From Lingula anatina (taxonomy: Eukaryota; Animalia; Brachiopoda), in contig CM120649.1 in NCBI GenBank assembly GCA_051362555.1, positions 5,518,001 through 5,582,000 of the forward strand: a DNA stretch of 64,000 nucleotides. The letters run 5' to 3'. Positions 12,330-26,835 of the stretch are shown here, in pieces (positions within the stretch are counted from its first letter, which is position 1; the number at the start of each line of letters is the position of its first letter). A model generated the notes under the pieces. The model saw only the letters and a program-made list of their open reading frames with translations, was not told where the DNA came from and did no database searches. The translations under genes and the position numbers were made by a program.

Positions 12330-13200
12330 ACCATCTTGAGCTACCTGTTTTTATTTGTGACTGGATTTTAGACTTTCTTTTAAATAAAAGACAATCTGTT
12401 TAAGTCGTCTATTTATCTCAAAAACAACAGTTTTAAATACCGGTGCACCACAGGGATGCGTCTTTTCAATTTGTCTTTACTCCCTTTTTACCTATGATTG
12501 TACTATTGTAAGCGACGGAAATTTTCTTATGACATTTGCGGATGATACTACGCTTGTGGGGCTAGTTACTGATAATGACGAGAGTACACATAGAAAATCT
12601 GTTGAGTCGGTGGTAAGGTGGTGCGAGAGTAATGATCTTATTTTGAACGTAGCTAAAACCAAAGAAATGATAGTGAATTTTACAACGAATCAGAATGATA
12701 AGGCACCACTGAACACTGGAGACGTTGAAGTAAGTAGGGTAGAGGAATTTTATCTATTTGGTATACGCATGAACAGTAAAATTAATTGGAAAGATAATAC
12801 CGCGAGGAGTGTAAAGAAGGTACGGCAAAGACTATATTTTTAGGATCATTGAGAACTTTTACTGATAGCGAGCCTATTTTAGTCAATTTTATAGGTGTGT
12901 AATTGAAAGCATCCTGGCGTACAGAATTATAATATGGTATAGCGGAACAACTGGGGATGAAAAAATAAACTAACCAACGTTGTAAAAACTGCAAGCAAGG
13001 TGTATGTAATCGGGCAGGATCTGCCCATGATATTTTAACGACAGAATGAAGAAAAGAACTGTTAACACCATGGAAGATTTTTCTCATCCTGCATCATCAC
13101 TTTTTACCTTTTTACCAATTAATAGTAGACTTTAAACTTTTAAAAGGAGTAAAAGCTTTTTAAACAGCTTTTATCCAAGTGCAGTAACGCATTTTAATTT
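12330..13200 (+). mobile_element. Decayed 5'-truncated non-LTR retrotransposon (Rex1/Babar-like CR1-group LINE) reverse transcriptase fragment
   Basis: NTGAPQGCV, FADDTTLVGLVTDNDES and WCESNDLILNVAKTKEMIVNF motifs, with frameshifts and stops. Confidence 0.8.
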
Positions 13201-13811
13201 GATCTCAAAACCAAATTCTTAATTTATCTATTGTATTACACCTATTCTGTATATTATCAAACTTGCTCCAAAAAGGAAAATGATTTCCGAATTTTATAAT
13301 TCACTAAATAAACTCTTAACTTATCTTATCTTATCTCATCCTATCTTATCTTATCTTATCGTTATCCATGTTACGTGTAAGGTACTTACAATTACAAAAA
13401 AAAAATGCGATTCGTGTAAAGAAAAAGTGAGGTACGTCTCAAAGAATAATAGTTCATATTTATAGAGATTAATTGCAGTGCAAGAGAAGGAAACAAAATA
13501 AACACGAAGAGCGACTCTTTGGCGTGTCATTCAGTTGTACAAACTGAGTCTAGATGCTGACAACCTGTCATTAAGTGATTATTTATCATATTTGAAAAGA
13601 AAATGAGGTGTCGCATTTTTTTAACTTACGCAATTCAAAAACAGAACTAGTTAGCATAAGAAAGGTTGAAGTGATAAAATCTATTTATTCATTTTTTTTA
13701 AGAATCCACTTGGGACATTCAAGGATGAATGTGAGCGGGATTTTTGGTTAGACACACAATGCAATGTCCAGAATTATTTCTCTTCAAATTGATAAGCTGT
13801 TCGCTTCTACA

Positions 13812-15236
13812 CACTGTAAAAACAGTGTTTAGCTCTGAGACACATTTCTAAGCGCCTGTTTTGTCTCATTTTTTCCACGCGTTTAGCACCTAAGCACGTT
13901 TAGCCTATTAACATGTTACACGCTTTGACGTGCTTGACGCCTAATAAATGTAGGGTGTATTTGTTTAACTTTAAGGTTGTAACGTTTTCAACTGTTTCAG
14001 TCACTCTCTCTCACACACACACGCGCGCGCGCGCGCGAAGTCACGGTCACCTTTAACTGCCATAGCTATCTCTATCTATAACAGGGTACCGTGAACCGTC
14101 AACAAAGTTGATTCTCACCATCATCTGTACAGCTGGACTTATTCATCCTTGTGTTAGCTGACCTTGCGAGGAAGTTAATTGGAATATATTTCTGAAAAAC
14201 AAGTTAGGAAAATTCACTAGTTTACTAAAGACACGAAACAACTATCACATTTACTTTAAAACATTTTTTTCATATTTTGATAAAATGCGTTAAGGTATTG
14301 ATGTTCATTTATTTTTTCCGGAAGTAATGAACAATAGAACATCAGGATGATGGTGGGGTATTCATTATAATGGTTTATTTAAGCTTTCATCACATGCTGG
14401 TTATTTTGGTAACGATAGTCCGAATATTTCAAATCACACCGCTATAGTCGCCGACTATAACCCAAGCCCATTTTGGAATTAACCGCTAACTGTAGTATAC
14501 AGCATAAGACGTGTTTTGGTGATTAATAAAAAAAAGTTTTCAAAACATTAAATAATTTTTTTCCAGAATGTTATAAAACGCTTATAAAACTGCATATGCA
14601 TCATTTTGCATGGAGTTAAAACACCCATAACGTTACCATGACGTTATTCTATACCATCACCATCATGTAACCAGCTGATAACGTCGTGAAAACGTTATTT
14701 GTTATTTGGATTATTACTTAATAGGCCTATTTTAAATAATCACACGTTACTGCAAGGAAGGACACAACGCGTTCGAGCAGGCTGCTTCTCGCCTCCAACA
14801 GCCCCATATGTTTACAAGGGGAAGTGTTAAGCAAAATTGTTGAGTCTTGTAATAAACTTGTTATGGGATCATATATATGGGATTGTGAAGCATTTTTTTC
14901 TGTGACGAGCTTGAAAAGCTAAACATGTTGTTTAGCAGCTCCACGCGTTAAGGAATTCCACACCTATAGCAGCTCCATATGTTTAGCAGCCTCACGCGCT
15001 TAGCAGGGGAAGTGCTTAGCCAGTGTGCTTAGCTTGTGATAGACTTGTTATAGAATCATATGCCGGTGAAGCTAAACACATAGCTAAACGTGTAACAATG
15101 CCAACGTGTCTAGCTTTTTCTTCTGTGAAACGTTTGAAAAGCTATACGCGTTTAGCATTTACACAGATTTCTAAATGCGTATAGATGCCTAACGTGTGTT
15201 GTTTGTATTTAAATGCTAAACACTGTTTTTACAGTG
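13812..15236. mobile_element. Non-autonomous CACTA/EnSpm-type (CMC) DNA transposon
   Basis: 22-bp TIRs CACTGTAAAAACAGTGTTTAGC / GCTAAACACTGTTTTTACAGTG and a 2-bp TSD (CA). The empty site TTCTACAGGTAG is present in the paralogous flank at ~35315. Confidence 0.8.
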
Positions 15237-17894
15237 CAGGTAGTCAGCCACACAGCAATTGTTTCAACAAGGGCTGGTTTCACGAAAAAACTTTAGCCCC
15301 TAAAGTGGTCTAAACTTCTTGATGAAAAATCTTGTCTATGAATTTAAAAAGAATGCATTGTAGTCCAGTGGTATATTTCTTTTGAGAAAAAACTTCAACG
15401 TAATGAGAAGTGCCATGCATACGGACGGTCAAAAAAAACACTGTTACTCGAAAAGGTATAAATAGCGTGCATAGTCATGATCAGCAACCACAACGAATTT
15501 CGAAGAAAAGGTGATTACAAAACTATCAATCAATATTTGAGTTAAAAGTATCTAATTATAGCAAAAAACGGCTAACCAGAGTTGGAAGTAAATATTACCT
15601 GTATGACATTGGAGCGCACCGCTAGTCTTCAACCGACTCTCTTATTTCGTAGGCTTACATAATTTACTGTGTTAAGGTGTCTTCTGCTGCAAAACGCCGC
15701 TCTGACTGGTATGCTTAGTTATGGGACGTCACTCCCTGTAGTAATGGTGGGGGAAATAAACTTAGATTGTTCAGATTGTTTAAAGGTCTAGAAGTAAGTA
15801 GTCATGGCAAAAAAACATTTTTGTCAATTAAACATCGAAGTGTTGGGTGGCCCCACTTCGAATAGAAACGGGTCGATATGAAAAAAACTAGCTATTTTGA
15901 GAAAAGAACCTGTGCATTGTGTGATAAGGGGATTTTAGTTAACTATCTCTCTTTTATTGATGAACGTGGTGAAATTAAAAACTTAAACGTTCTAATAACA
16001 ATTTTGATTTCTTAAATGATAACAAGTACACACAATGGACAATACAAGTGTCACCCCCTGAATCAGAGTAATCAAATAATAATCAAGTAATCAATTGACA
16101 AAGTAGGCAGATCTTGGATCTTGAGTAGTTATAATGCCTGGTCTACATTTTTTTGTGTGTGTGAAATTTGATGTTAATAAAATGATATCAGGAGCATATC
16201 ATTCCACAGTCATTTATCTCCTCCAAAGTATTGGTTCAGTAGGGGTTACACTTCTATTATCCATTGTGTGTATTTATTTTTGATTAGTAGTGATATGATT
16301 AATTTAGTTGCCAAAACTTGCTGCCGATTTCTAGACTTTTTTATTTTTATTTCGGAATTTTATTTATAAATGATGTTTCCATGTATATACACGGTATTAA
16401 GTGATATTCAGTATCTCGTAGTTCTATATAGAAATGCCACTGTTCTTAATTTTATTTCTCTTTTTATGGGTGACACTTCAATACAATATCTTGATTACTT
16501 GTGGTTCATATCATCAGAGTCAAAATAAAAGGCGTGACTGATGAAAGAGATGCGTGGCAATATATAATTTTACGTTGTTAACAGAAAAAATTGAGAAAAA
16601 ACGAACAAAAGGCTGAAAATACCAAGTACCCATTAAATAATTTTCAAATAAGTTTTGACGAAAACACAGACGAATGAATCCATAAAAGGCAACAGACATC
16701 GAGGTGATTACACATAATGATTCTATGTTGCATGACACTTCCTGGCACGCAGTAGGCGATGGCATGCATTTTATAAAGAAATTAAACACTGAGTAAAATA
16801 AACAATATACCGAGGCGGACACGTGCGTGTTACAAGCTCACAAACACAAAAATAATCATTAACCTTGACGCGTTATCTAAATGCGTGGCAAACAACAACA
16901 GGTTTCGAACGTGTCAGGAGTCACGTTTTAAAGCGAGGACGAACATGAGGAGACTTCGGCAAACACAGCACCAAACGATAAGACTATGTTTGAGGGCAGC
17001 TGTTGAAGGCCTACAATTTTAATTAAAATACAAACAGGTGCTAAAACCGTGAGTCATGTTGAAAAAATTGCCTTAGAAAATTAGAAAATATCTATGTGGT
17101 TTTATTTGACGCGAAATCGTGACTCACGCCTACTCTTGCAAATGACAATTGTAGGCCTAAACATCAAGTACTAAACAAATAAAATTACCGTGTGTCCCTC
17201 CCTTTCGTGGATAAAACTACAATTTTAATTAAAATAATTTTAATTAAAATAACCTATGTTAATTAAGGGATATCTTTTATGACTTAAGACTGTCACAACC
17301 AGGACGTTTTTCAAAAGTCAGTTTTATCATGCAAACAGCCATGAATGCGAGCCAAAGGATGAAGAAATGCCTTTCAAGAACACGGGGAATACTTTGTGGT
17401 TTTATTTGACGCGCAATTGGTATTATAATTTTTATCAGAAAAAAAAGACAAGAACACCTGGTAAACGCGTTAGGCGAACACCTCTCTTTCGTGGGTGAAA
17501 TACAATCAAAATAAAACAGATGAAGCCTTAACGAACCAAATTCGAAACAACAACAAACATTCCTATACGATTAAACATCGATTTGTCGATTCATTTACAT
17601 CTCGTGCTGGTACTCGTACTTTCACCCATATTTCGTCCTTTTCGTTCGTGTAAATATGCGCCCGACTTCTTTCCATTCGAGATCAGTACAGTCACTTTAC
17701 AAACACGTCCTTAACAGCCTATGTACAATGAAATGATGATTAATACAGAAATGGGAAAACCGCGTGAAAAGCCAGAGGACCTGTAAGATTTTTGATATCG
17801 CAGATCCTGGCAAGGTTTATGCGAAAATACAGTACATGATAATAAATCACATGTAAACATAGACTAACAGATATAAAATATTTAGTTCGGACCA

Positions 17895-18400
17895 GCCCTC
17901 TGCACCACACTTTGCCTTAGTGACCCGTATGTCCTACCTGTCTCTCTTCCTGATGATGACAAAGTCGATGAGTTGCCAATGCTTTGAGCGTGGGTGCATT
18001 CATGATGTCCTGTTGCAGGTGAGGAGGCTAAAGATGGTGTTTGTGATCAGAAAGTTGTGCTCGGCACATGTCTGGAGAAGCATCAGTCTGTTGGTGTTAC
18101 AGTTGCCGATCCCATGCTTCCCAACCACCCCTTCCCATGTAGTGAGGTCACTGCCGACTCTGGCGTTCAAGTCGCCGAGTATAAAGAGCTTGTCTGTGTT
18201 GGAAACTGAGTTGATGGTAGCATCAATGTCCACATAGAACTTTTCTTTGATCTCATCTGGGTTGGTCATGGTGGGCGCATAGGCACTGACAATGGTGGGA
18301 AACTTCTTTCCTGTACAGAAAGGGAGTCTCAAGGTCATCAGGTGATAATTTATACCTTTTGGTGGGCCAGCGAGCTTGACAACCAGTTCTGTCCTCACTG
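17895..18400 (-). mobile_element. RTE-clade LINE fragment (apurinic endonuclease domain)
   Basis: TIVSAYAPTMTNPDEIKEKFY, LFILGDLNARVG and HNFLITNT motifs, then MHPRSKHWQLIDFVI after a stop. Confidence 0.8.
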
Positions 18401-18609
18401 TTCAGGAGCGTACACATTACATGTGGCAAAGATCAGTGGGGTACTCCTTGAATTTTATTTCCTTATTTTCTTCTTTGTATGTCGACCGCTTATTTAGGGC
18501 CCCCATAAGCTGCGGTATGCTGACTAGGGTAGTGTGGAGCATGACAGGTCAAGACGACTGGAGATGGAATGCGGATGACCAGGATGTACTATGTGCCTCA
18601 TTCTGCCCT

Positions 18610-18644
<35 letters not shown>

Positions 18645-19481
18645 CTGAGGTGGGTATAAAGTCATGTCAAAGGTAGGTTTCGAACGCAAAGATGTAACAA
18701 ACCGATTCATGAATACTTACCTTACGGACTTGCACGCTAACCACTACACAGACGAGCTGAAGTTGCAAACCACTAATTTTTTCTCTGATATTTGGCTCAC
18801 CAGAAGGATTTCATATACATTTATAATTGTATCATTTAACCTTATTATTGCGTAAGTATAGGACTTTCAAATGGCCGTACTTACATTACTGTAACAGGAA
18901 TAAATGTCCGACAGTAATACAAGTCCTACTTACCCTAATTATGAGCCAGTAACCTAAGATCGCATTCACAACGAGTTGAGCCATGGCTTTACAAATCCTG
19001 GAACTAAATATGGCGGACGTACATGAAAGAAAAAACGCCTAATCTTTTAATAGTCTCTTCGCCTCTCACACGCCTCCCCATGCGTCGTCCCTGCGGGGGT
19101 ACAGTCATTAAATCTCGGCTCCATTGGGACGACACAGATTTATTTGTGAATTTTTAAAAGGCTTTAGATAAATAAATAAATACATAAATAAATGAATTAC
19201 TTCGACCTTGCTTATGCTAACGTCGTTGTGTTTTTGAATTTCGTAGGTTTAAAAAATGCGACACCGCATCATTTTTTTTTTCAAATATGATAAATAATCA
19301 CTTAATGACAGCTTGTCAGCGTCGAGACACACATTTGTAGAACTAAATTACATGCCTTGGAGTCGTTCACCGTGTTTATTTTTGTTTCCTGCTATTTCAC
19401 TACAATTAATGTCTATAAATATGAACGATTATCCTTTGAGATTTACTTTATTTTTTCCTTACATGAGTTACCTTTTTGTAA

Positions 19482-21243
19482 TTATAAGTGTCTAACACAT
19501 AACGTAGATAACGTTATTTGGGGTGTAACAGAAGAACTGACCAACGCCCAATACATATGACTCTTACCATAAGATTGAAGGTACAGGGCTTACATGTGCA
19601 TAAAAGGACAAGAAGATAAGTTACATAATCAGTCTATAAATTTTAAAAAGTGTAACTATCAAATCTCTCTGTCTCTCTTCACGGAAAGTCACTGCAACTT
19701 TTCGTTGCCTTTAACCTCAGCATAGCTCCTCCTTTTTTTTTTTTGTTCACGGACTTGCATCATTTTCCTATTGGCACGTGAGTGGTTTGATAGACCCCCC
19801 CCCCCAATTAACACGTGTAAAAGAGCAGATTATTTGCCTAAATATATATTTGGCATCGGCGTCAAGAGCAAATTAACTAAAACATTTTTTCTAGTTTTCT
19901 CGAAATGAATTTTACACGTTTTGTATTGTGTTGTTCAAATTACCTAACGATTGGTCAGATACTTCAAAAAATACTTACGGTTTTTCTTCCTTGTTGTCAT
20001 GTTCTTAAAAGCAGTGCGTTTTTTTTTTTTTTTTTGGAAAGTTTCTCACCTCATCAACATATGAAAGCGCTTTTTATTTCTGCCTATGAACTTGGCAGAC
20101 ATTGCTCCGTCTTTTGTATGGAAAACTTGTTTGTCAAAGATCTCATTTATGCGTTGAATTTGGTTTATTGCACCTTTTGTATCATGTGAATACTTATTAA
20201 AATCACCCAACCATTGATCAGATACTTAACAAAATGCTTAGGGTTTTTTACAATTTTTTCCTGGTTGTCGAAAACTTTCCCATCACATCAACATATAAAA
20301 GCGCGTTTTATTTCTGCTTAAAAACTTGGAAGACAGTGTTTTTTCTTTGATATCGAAAACCTGTTTGTCAAAGATCTCCCTCCGTGATGTCAGCTAAAAA
20401 AGAGGGTACGCCCAGCTCCCAGCAGACGGCGAACTCGATCGGTCGGAAAAAGTAAAGCCTTGAGTGCTGCTCTCTGATAGAACAGTTTTGATATACTTTC
20501 AAGATGCTGCCAACTGTCAGTGAAAAGTCTGCCGAGCCAGGGGTGACTGTCATCACAGACGGTGGGTCCTCTGGACGTGACGGCGCTGAGGTAAGTGCGT
20601 CTACTTTGAAGATGTTTAATCCAGGAATTTTTTCTCTAACTTGGGTCATTCCACAAACAATTGAACAGTTGAGTCACGTCAGTTACTTTGCTTTTGTTGT
20701 GAATATTCAGCGTTTTTCATTTTCTTTTCATGTTTTAGCAAAATTATCATGCTTGCAATGGTGAATGTAATTAGTAATTTTTGCAAGTATAGATAAACTA
20801 GATAAACTAGATAAAATAAGACTGCCTTCGATAATGTAATTTTTTATGATAATGGATACAAAGACGAGGAAATTCTGACTGAATCCCATTGTCAGATTGT
20901 CATTTTTTGTCTGTCGTCCAGACCTTCAATGCAAAATATAAGTTGTTGCAATTACTTGCACCGTTTTTCAAAATGTTCATAAAATTATATTTTTAAATAG
21001 TTGCATCAATTTCTTTCAAACACAGTTGGCGATGAGATAAACAATAATATTCCAAGTTTATTTTTGTTCCAATTTATCTTTTAATTTGTTATATTTCAGA
21101 ATAAGGCGTCGTATAAGAAGTACATTATTATTGCTGTTGCTGTCATTGTTGTTGTCGCTGTTGCTGTCGGTGGAACGTTGGGAGCAGTTCACATCTCTAA
21201 CAAGGCAGCACAAGACGTGTGGAAGGTAGGTATACTGTATCAC

Positions 21244-21278
<35 letters not shown>

Positions 21279-23253
21279 GAATATTTGGGAATTATGCTAA
21301 TTTACATTTATGACACAAACAGATCACTTTAGAAGAAGCTTAAATTTAGCACGCGAATGAAATATCTCACTTGCAATACGTATCGATCTGGTTTTAAAGG
21401 AAAGCGGTGGAATAATATGCAAAGAAACATGAGCATTTAAAACTAACGATCTCATCGCCATAATCATCTAATGTGATTATTATTATTTCTTCAGGAGTAC
21501 CATCTCCGTTTAACAGACAAACAAGGGAAAAAAGTTGACGAAAAGGTTCAGGTTGATCTGAAGGACAACATCACCGTGTACAACGTGAACAACGAGAAGT
21601 TCCACGTTGCCATGGACAACTCGAGGGTGGGTAGAGGGGGTTTAAACGTTATTGTGTAAATTGCTAATCAAGGCGGAATATTTTACTTATACTACCTTTC
21701 ACTACCTTTCAATTTTTATGAGTTTTAAATGCCAATAAAGTTAGTTCCTTGGATATGTATATATTCCATCAATTTTGTCGGCTAAAAATCCAAATATCCT
21801 GTGGGAATATTCCATTCCTTTCAGGGTTTGGTAGTATACAAGATGGAAATGAATGACAAGTTTGCTTGTTACTTGACTCCAATGAACAAATCTGAAGAGA
21901 CCGACAGCAAGGACGTGGCCAACGCTTTGGAACAACCGGTGCGATTTACTTCATATTAATTCGGACTTTGAATCTGTGTTTACATCTAAACATACACAAT
22001 ACTTTTAATTGTGTTTAAATATATAAAGTGACATTTAAACATGTGCAAGATATGACTATAACTTAAACCTAACCTATACCGTCATGTTTTTAGAACACCG
22101 TCGAAAATACGACATCAGATGAAGATAATGAACAAAAGCAATTCGTTGTCAACACCTCCCCGATCAAGGACAAGTCCTTCCTTAGTCCCAGGATGAAGGA
22201 ATTCTGCAGGAATCTGGAGGCATATTGGCTTACTCAGAAGAACGGCAACAATGTAGCCAGCACCCATACCCCGGCAGGTACGCAAAATATAAATCTCTGA
22301 AATGTTAGTCATTTCCTGATTCAATACTTACAACTATGACCATGCAGTAAATTCACTTTTTACTTTCTACATACATGTAGAATCTACAAGACATTAGGAA
22401 CATCACCATTACCCATCGTTTCGATTATATTATATTATATTATTTTTCAGGAAGTAAACGCCAGAAGCGAGCTTGCTCCTGGATACCTTACAGGTGTCCG
22501 TGTAGAATAGGCACATGCATAAGGTTCAGGATCGGTTCTCGGTGGCATTGCCGTTATAGGTACATATACATTGTAAGACCCTGTAGGAGGTACATATGCT
22601 CTGGTAAATAAACGCTGCTGCTAAATATAGTTTAACACAAATATTTTTGCAAAGTGTGATTAGTCAACTTAAAAAACTTCCCGCGACCATGTCTATCCCA
22701 GAATATTTCAGAACCATAAATTAAACAGGGTTAATCCACTGTTACATGGGTATTCATGAAATAGGAGCCACATGGTACCAGTACAGAGTGACGTTTCAGA
22801 AAAATCCCCTCCAGAGTTCTTAATCAGCCAATCCCAGGTTTTTTTTCAATAATACCCATGTGTGTATTTTTTGGTGTGTTAACTGTCATAACAACAAATC
22901 ATTATCCCAGCTAATAGTAAGTTATGCATCATTTAGTTATTGTTCTATTAGCAATGACTCTATTACTATTTGTTTGTATTCAAATAGATTAAGCAATAAT
23001 TGACTTTTTGGTAAAATGTTTTTTTAAATAAATTCCACGTGTGCATTTTTATATGTTAACTGTAATGACGGCATCATTAAAATGATTATCCTAGGTTATT
23101 GTTAGTTGATTATCCTAGGTTATTGTTCTTTTAGTTGTGCTTCCTTTCCGTTGTTATTTGCTTCGAATTTGAAAGATGAATTAAAGACACTACCTGACCT
23201 TTTGCTAAGTTGTCACTGTTTTTCTTAAATGCTTTTATTTTTTTACAAAAAAA

Positions 23254-23300
<47 letters not shown>

Positions 23301-24412
23301 AAATTGGTCAAAAATGTTGTCCCACCCCCATTTCCATGTACTTATATTATCAAAAATGATCACCTCACAGCTGTGAACTGTTAGAAATAGTGCTTTTTAT
23401 TACGGATACCGTGTCTAACATAATTAATGGTTAAAGAAATACAAAATAGTGGTGAAAATATACACATTTTATACCATTTAGTAAAATTTATAAAAGGTAC
23501 CCCCTCAAATCGACTGTTTCACTGTGACTTCTACAGATGTAAAGAAATGTCTATAAAATTGTTTTTCTTGATAAAATGTGTTTTCGATGTATAAGGTGTT
23601 AGTTTCAACCCTTATTCACAGCGGCTTGTTCACACGACTGCATGGCTCTTTGGCAGACTTTACAGTTTTGTTTGGCGTGTGAAAATGAACCACAAACATC
23701 TTATTTCAGTTTTCGTGCTTTCGTGCATTTTCTCCTCCTTTTTGTCGATTTCATAGAGCTTTATTGATGAGATACATTTATTAAATGTCTTTTTTATTCA
23801 TTTCTGGTCGTTTTTTTTCCTTGTCCCTGTAATAACTGCACAATATGTGAATATCAGCAAGTTTCTATTAATGGAGTATTTTCGCTGGATGAGTTGATTT
23901 GGAATGACCCTTAAGACGTTAAAAGCACCAGGGTGGCCGAAACAGCACAAGATTTATGAAAAGTTAAATTTATGCAAGGGCCTTAGGTTTTGGTTTCAAA
24001 TTCCCTTATGGACAACGCCATGTTATGGCGTTTCCGAATTGACCAACTTTTAAGAATATTTACTTTAAGACATTTTCTCTAAAGTCACTCAAGAGAAGCT
24101 AGTCCAAGGCAGGCAAAAATGGCCAATTCCAAAATATGATGTTATGGCATTGTTAACAAAATGTATTCTTTCTCGTTGTTATGAATCAGTTTCTTTGAGT
24201 ATATAATAAAACAAATGACTATCAAGGTGTTTATCCTTTGGCCTATTTCAAAAATCGATACTGCTTATCTGGTTAAATCTGAATTTAATCAATGTAGTAT
24301 AGGTCAAAATATAGAAAAAAAAATCGGGCTAACGGCCTTAGCCACAAGAAACAAGTAAAATTGCCATTGACACAATACAGCAAAAAAAATGTATCCGACA
24401 ATTGATTTTTTT
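19482..24412 (+). repeat. Direct segmental duplication of ~812-5770 (copy 1 and flanks)
   Basis: Colinear, highly similar promoter, introns and 3' flank. Confidence 0.9.
20504..22611 (+). CDS. BRICHOS-domain peptide precursor, copy 3; exons 20504-20590, 21100-21225, 21495-21626, 21825-21938, 22094-22277, 22451-22611; mature peptide ACSWIPYRCPCRIGTCIRFRIGSRWHCRYRYIYIVRPCRRYICS(GK)
   Basis: GT-AG introns and intact frame. By manual count 204 of 214 aa are identical to copy 1 over exons 1-5. RQKR site and GK-stop end. Confidence 0.9.
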
Positions 24413-25285
24413 GACGACACTGGTTCTGGGCATCAGAATCGTTTTTGAAAAATTCAATAAAATTAAAAATTACACTTCAAACTACAAAGGGAGGCCCAGG
24501 GGCCCCTTCCCCCTCTTCAGCTAACCTTTATTCCCCCACCCCCACCCCCACTTAAACTTGCCTCACCCTCTGCCCACCCTTGTTTCTCACCGCAAAAACG
24601 ATTCTGGCTTCTCAGAATCGTTTTTGAAAAACGACACTGGTTTCTGGGCATCAGAATCGTTTTTGAAAAATTCAATAAAATTAAAATTATACATCAAACT
24701 ACGAAGGGAGGCCCCGGGGGCCCCTTTCCCCTTTCCCCTCTTCAACCTCACCCTTATTCCCCCACCCCCACCCCCACTTAAACTCCATTCCCGGCTTCCA
24801 CTGTGCAGGCTGCCTGTGACTGGTAGCGGCGGTCAACTCGGCCTCCCAGCGGGGCGAGGAAAGACCGTAACTCTGTAAACACCCTGTCAAGCTTCTGCGA
24901 TGAGGGTTGCCCGTACCTGTAGGAAATAATCGGCGACCGTCTCGGTCTCAGCGCACGTCGAGGAGAGACCGTAAAACCCTGCCCGGCTTTCGTGGTGAGG
25001 GTTACCTAATCGTGGTACACGCTAACCGCTGGTTGCCTCTCCCTCTGCCCACCCCTGTTTCTCTCCGCAAAAACGATTCTGGCTTCTCAGAATCGTTTTT
25101 GAAAAACGACACTAGTTTCTGGTTGCCAGAATCGTTTTTCGAAAAACGACACTAGTTTCTGGATGCCAGAATCGTTTTTGAAAAACGAAACTAGTTTCTG
25201 GTTGCCAGGTTTGTTTATGAAAAACGACACTAGTTTCTGGTGGCCAGGTTCGTTTTTGAAAAACGAAACTAGAAACTAGACACTA
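24413..25285. repeat. Inserted repeat element with an internal duplication and a ~34-bp minisatellite (TTTTGAAAAACGACACTAGTTTCTGGNTGCCAGAATCG-like)
   Basis: Begins where homology with the copy-1 flank (~5770) breaks. 24415-24557 is repeated at ~24631-24784. About 6 tandem units lie at 25070-25280. Confidence 0.65.
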
Positions 25286-25513
25286 ACTTCAGCGCTCTCT
25301 GAAAGAGTATAGAATAGAGTAGAGTAGAGTAGAGTAGAGTAGAGTAGAGTAGAGTATAGTAGAGTAGAGGATGCCAAAATCGAAATAACGGCCAGCATTT
25401 CATGTCCTGTAACTTCTATATACAGAGCAATAAGTGTATTTACCTACATTGTTACTGTTGTAGGTATTGCATCGGGTTATGGTTAACATTTCAGAGATTT
25501 GTATTGTGCGTAC

Positions 25514-25943
25514 CTGCCGGGATTCGTACGGTGGCGCCATCTACAGTGTTGCCGTCATTCTGAGTGAGCCAGTATTCCTCCAGATCCCTGCAGAATTCCT
25601 GCATCCTGGGACTTAGGAAGGATTTGTCTTTGATCTGGGAAGTATTTACAACGAAGCTTTCTTGGTCATCATCATCACCATCTTCATCATCTGTCGTGTT
25701 CTCGACGGCGTTCTAAAAGAAAAACTGCACAGGTTATGTGAAGATTTTTTTCATGTCTTGCAATTTTTTTCATATGTTTATATCTATATTTTCAAACACA
25801 ATCAACAGCAACATTTATGAAAAAAGGTAAACAAAAAGACTGAATAAATAATGACGTTTGTTGTACAGGCTGTTCCATAGCGCTGACCACGTCGAGGCGA
25901 GTAACAAGCAACCTTGCATTTCCATCTTGTATACTACTAGACT
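25514..25943 (-). pseudogene. Truncated BRICHOS precursor pseudogene (exons 4 and 5 only)
   Basis: The exon-5 homolog at 25712-25514 is intact (NAVENTTDDEDG...FCRDLEEYWLTQ). The exon-4 homolog at 25943-25867 is 77 nt versus 114 nt (frameshifting deletions). No recognisable exons 1-3 or peptide exon nearby. Confidence 0.8.
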
Positions 25944-26835
25944 CTGGAAGGAAACCAACGGGGCAATTCACTTTTTGTGAAAAATGATGGAATATTCCCA
26001 CAATATTGCATCTCTGTGATTCTAATAAGTTCAACTTAAATACCATGCACAGTTCAACTAGCTCGGCAGTTCTTTATTACATTTTCATGTTCTACCTTCA
26101 AATAACAGTATATTATGTTCTTGTTTGGGTTCCTTCTGGCAATCTGTCATAAATTTGATAAATTATCAGCAATTTGTAGGCAAAGCAAATGTCATGTTCA
26201 AGGGAATATACCAGTACACTGGAGAGAATGCCAGAGCCATTCAAAAGTAATCCAAGGCCACGAAGCCGGTGACGGCATATATCCTTTACGGTACTAACTC
26301 AGCCTGTTTGTTGATGTATCCCGGGCTGAGATTACTCCACTCAACGTTGTTGATTTCTTTCAATATAGGAGGATAGTACATGAAAAAAGTAAAATAAAAA
26401 TAAAAAGGCAATTCAAAATAATGAAAATATTACACGATATGTTGCGTATTGACATGAGTCAAAGTTGATGTTATAGTTTTAGTATGGAATGACCTTTCAA
26501 AGAGCAATTATTAAAACAAAAGGAATTTTAATTGAAAATTAAATGTTGTGTTTACAATATTTTAAAGTTCTCATGTCATTAAGCGATCGTACTTAAAAAC
26601 GTGGAGAAGATTCATGAGGTTTGATATTCGTTCCCTATCTGCTATCCGAAAATGGAACAAATAGTTGGTGTAAAAAGGCATCATTGTTTTTCCCTTTATA
26701 TTCTTGTTTCCTGTTTTTTTTTTCTCTTTTACAGATTTCCTTCAACAATCAAAAATGAATATGAAACTCTGTGAAGGATAGGATAAAATGTGCCGATTGA
26801 AGGATAGGATAAGATGTCCGTTTTCAAGTAAGATA

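Noticed and set aside
25070-25280. ~34-bp repeats resembling CRISPR direct repeats
   Set aside because: The units are directly adjacent with no unique spacers, so this is a minisatellite.
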